In this document: positions 62,809-64,000 of the stretch, piece by piece
Layout: each line of letters opens with the position of its first letter
How positions within the stretch are numbered: the stretch's first letter is position 1
Source: Octopus sinensis
Lineage: Eukaryota
Length of the DNA stretch: 64,000 nucleotides
Assembly: GCF_006345805.1 (NCBI RefSeq)
Contig: NC_043009.1
Location: forward strand, 10,540,001 to 10,604,000
Direction of reading: 5' to 3'
Notes under the pieces: generated by a model
The model's database searches: none
Seen by the model: the letters and a program-made list of their open reading frames with translations, nothing else
What the model was told of the DNA's origin: nothing
Made by a program: the position numbers and the translations under genes

Positions 62809-63551
62809 TATACATGATGGGTTTCCACAGAGTTTCTGTCTACCATATTTACTGACAAAGCATTGGTTGTCCCAGAGCTTTTCTAGAAAATTCTTGCCCA
62901 AAGTACTGTACTGTAGGATTGACCCTGAGACCCCATGATAGAAAAGTGAGCTCCTTAACCACACAGCCATGCTTGCATCTATGTTAGAAATCATCGTCTT
63001 TTATATCAAGCTACTTTGCTTGGCTGCTAATGGTTACAAATAAATTTCCTTTTTAAATGGCTTTAATCTTTGGCTTTCTTCTCTCTTATCATTTCCATTC
63101 TCTTCACTTGTCTGTTGTTGTTGTTGTTGCTTCCTGTTTTGGTGAATTATCTTTTTTGTTTACTTTTTTTTTTTTTTCCACTTGTTTCTTTTTGGTATTG
63201 TTTCCACCTCTTTTATAGTTTATTGCCAACACAGAAACTAGCAGAAACATGCAAGGGGATGGATAGAGAAAAGTAACAGAACAAACCACCACCACCACTA
63301 CCACCAACCGCCGCTGCCACCACCATGACCACCACAAGGAAAGTGAAACTGAAAAGCCAGTGGAAAGAATACATGATGTATTGCTTATTTGGTTTTAAGA
63401 AGCATTGAGAAGTGAAGGGTGTATAGGTGTGTGTGTGTATGTATATATATATATATATAGACCGGAGTAAACACATAAATGTGAAACAAGGTGGAAAAAA
63501 GAGTACTCAAATACCAGTGGTAGAGTAATATGCTTTGCTGCTTAAAATAAA

Positions 63552-63850
<299 letters not shown>

Positions 63851-64000
63851 AGTTTATGCATAGGTAGGTTGGGGTAAAGGTTATCTACTGTCTGCTATTT
63901 CACTTAAAAGACCAACTCACACAAAATGGTTTCTTTGTATCTCTCATTTTCACTTTGAAATGCAATAATTTATTTTGGCCAGAAAAGTTACCTTTTTTGT

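Overview
Eukaryotic, AT-rich and densely repetitive genomic DNA. The SINE, RTE and microsatellite families look like those of an octopus (coleoid cephalopod); this is recognition, not a database match. One complete protein-coding gene can be assembled by hand on the + strand: a 10-exon short-chain dehydrogenase of the very-long-chain 3-oxoacyl-CoA reductase (HSD17B12/KAR) type, CDS 19671-58731, 984 nt, 327 aa, all introns GT-AG and phase-compatible. Nearly all ORFs in the supplied track are microsatellite or transposon artefacts. The rest of the window holds tRNA-derived SINEs, RTE/CR1/Tx1/Jockey-like LINE fragments, a decayed pogo/Tc2 element, a piggyBac deletion derivative, non-autonomous Helitrons and several MITE families with readable TIRs and TSDs. 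The most interesting non-obvious signal is a set of short, mutually unrelated repeats, mostly next to (TA)n tracts, that carry minimal type I hammerhead ribozyme motifs with palindromic stem III (Penelope pLTR/retrozyme-like). Four have an intact core, others are U3-A8 core variants, and one is fused to a tRNA-derived SINE head. No folding, alignment or database search was run. Repeat boundaries are approximate unless a TSD is quoted.
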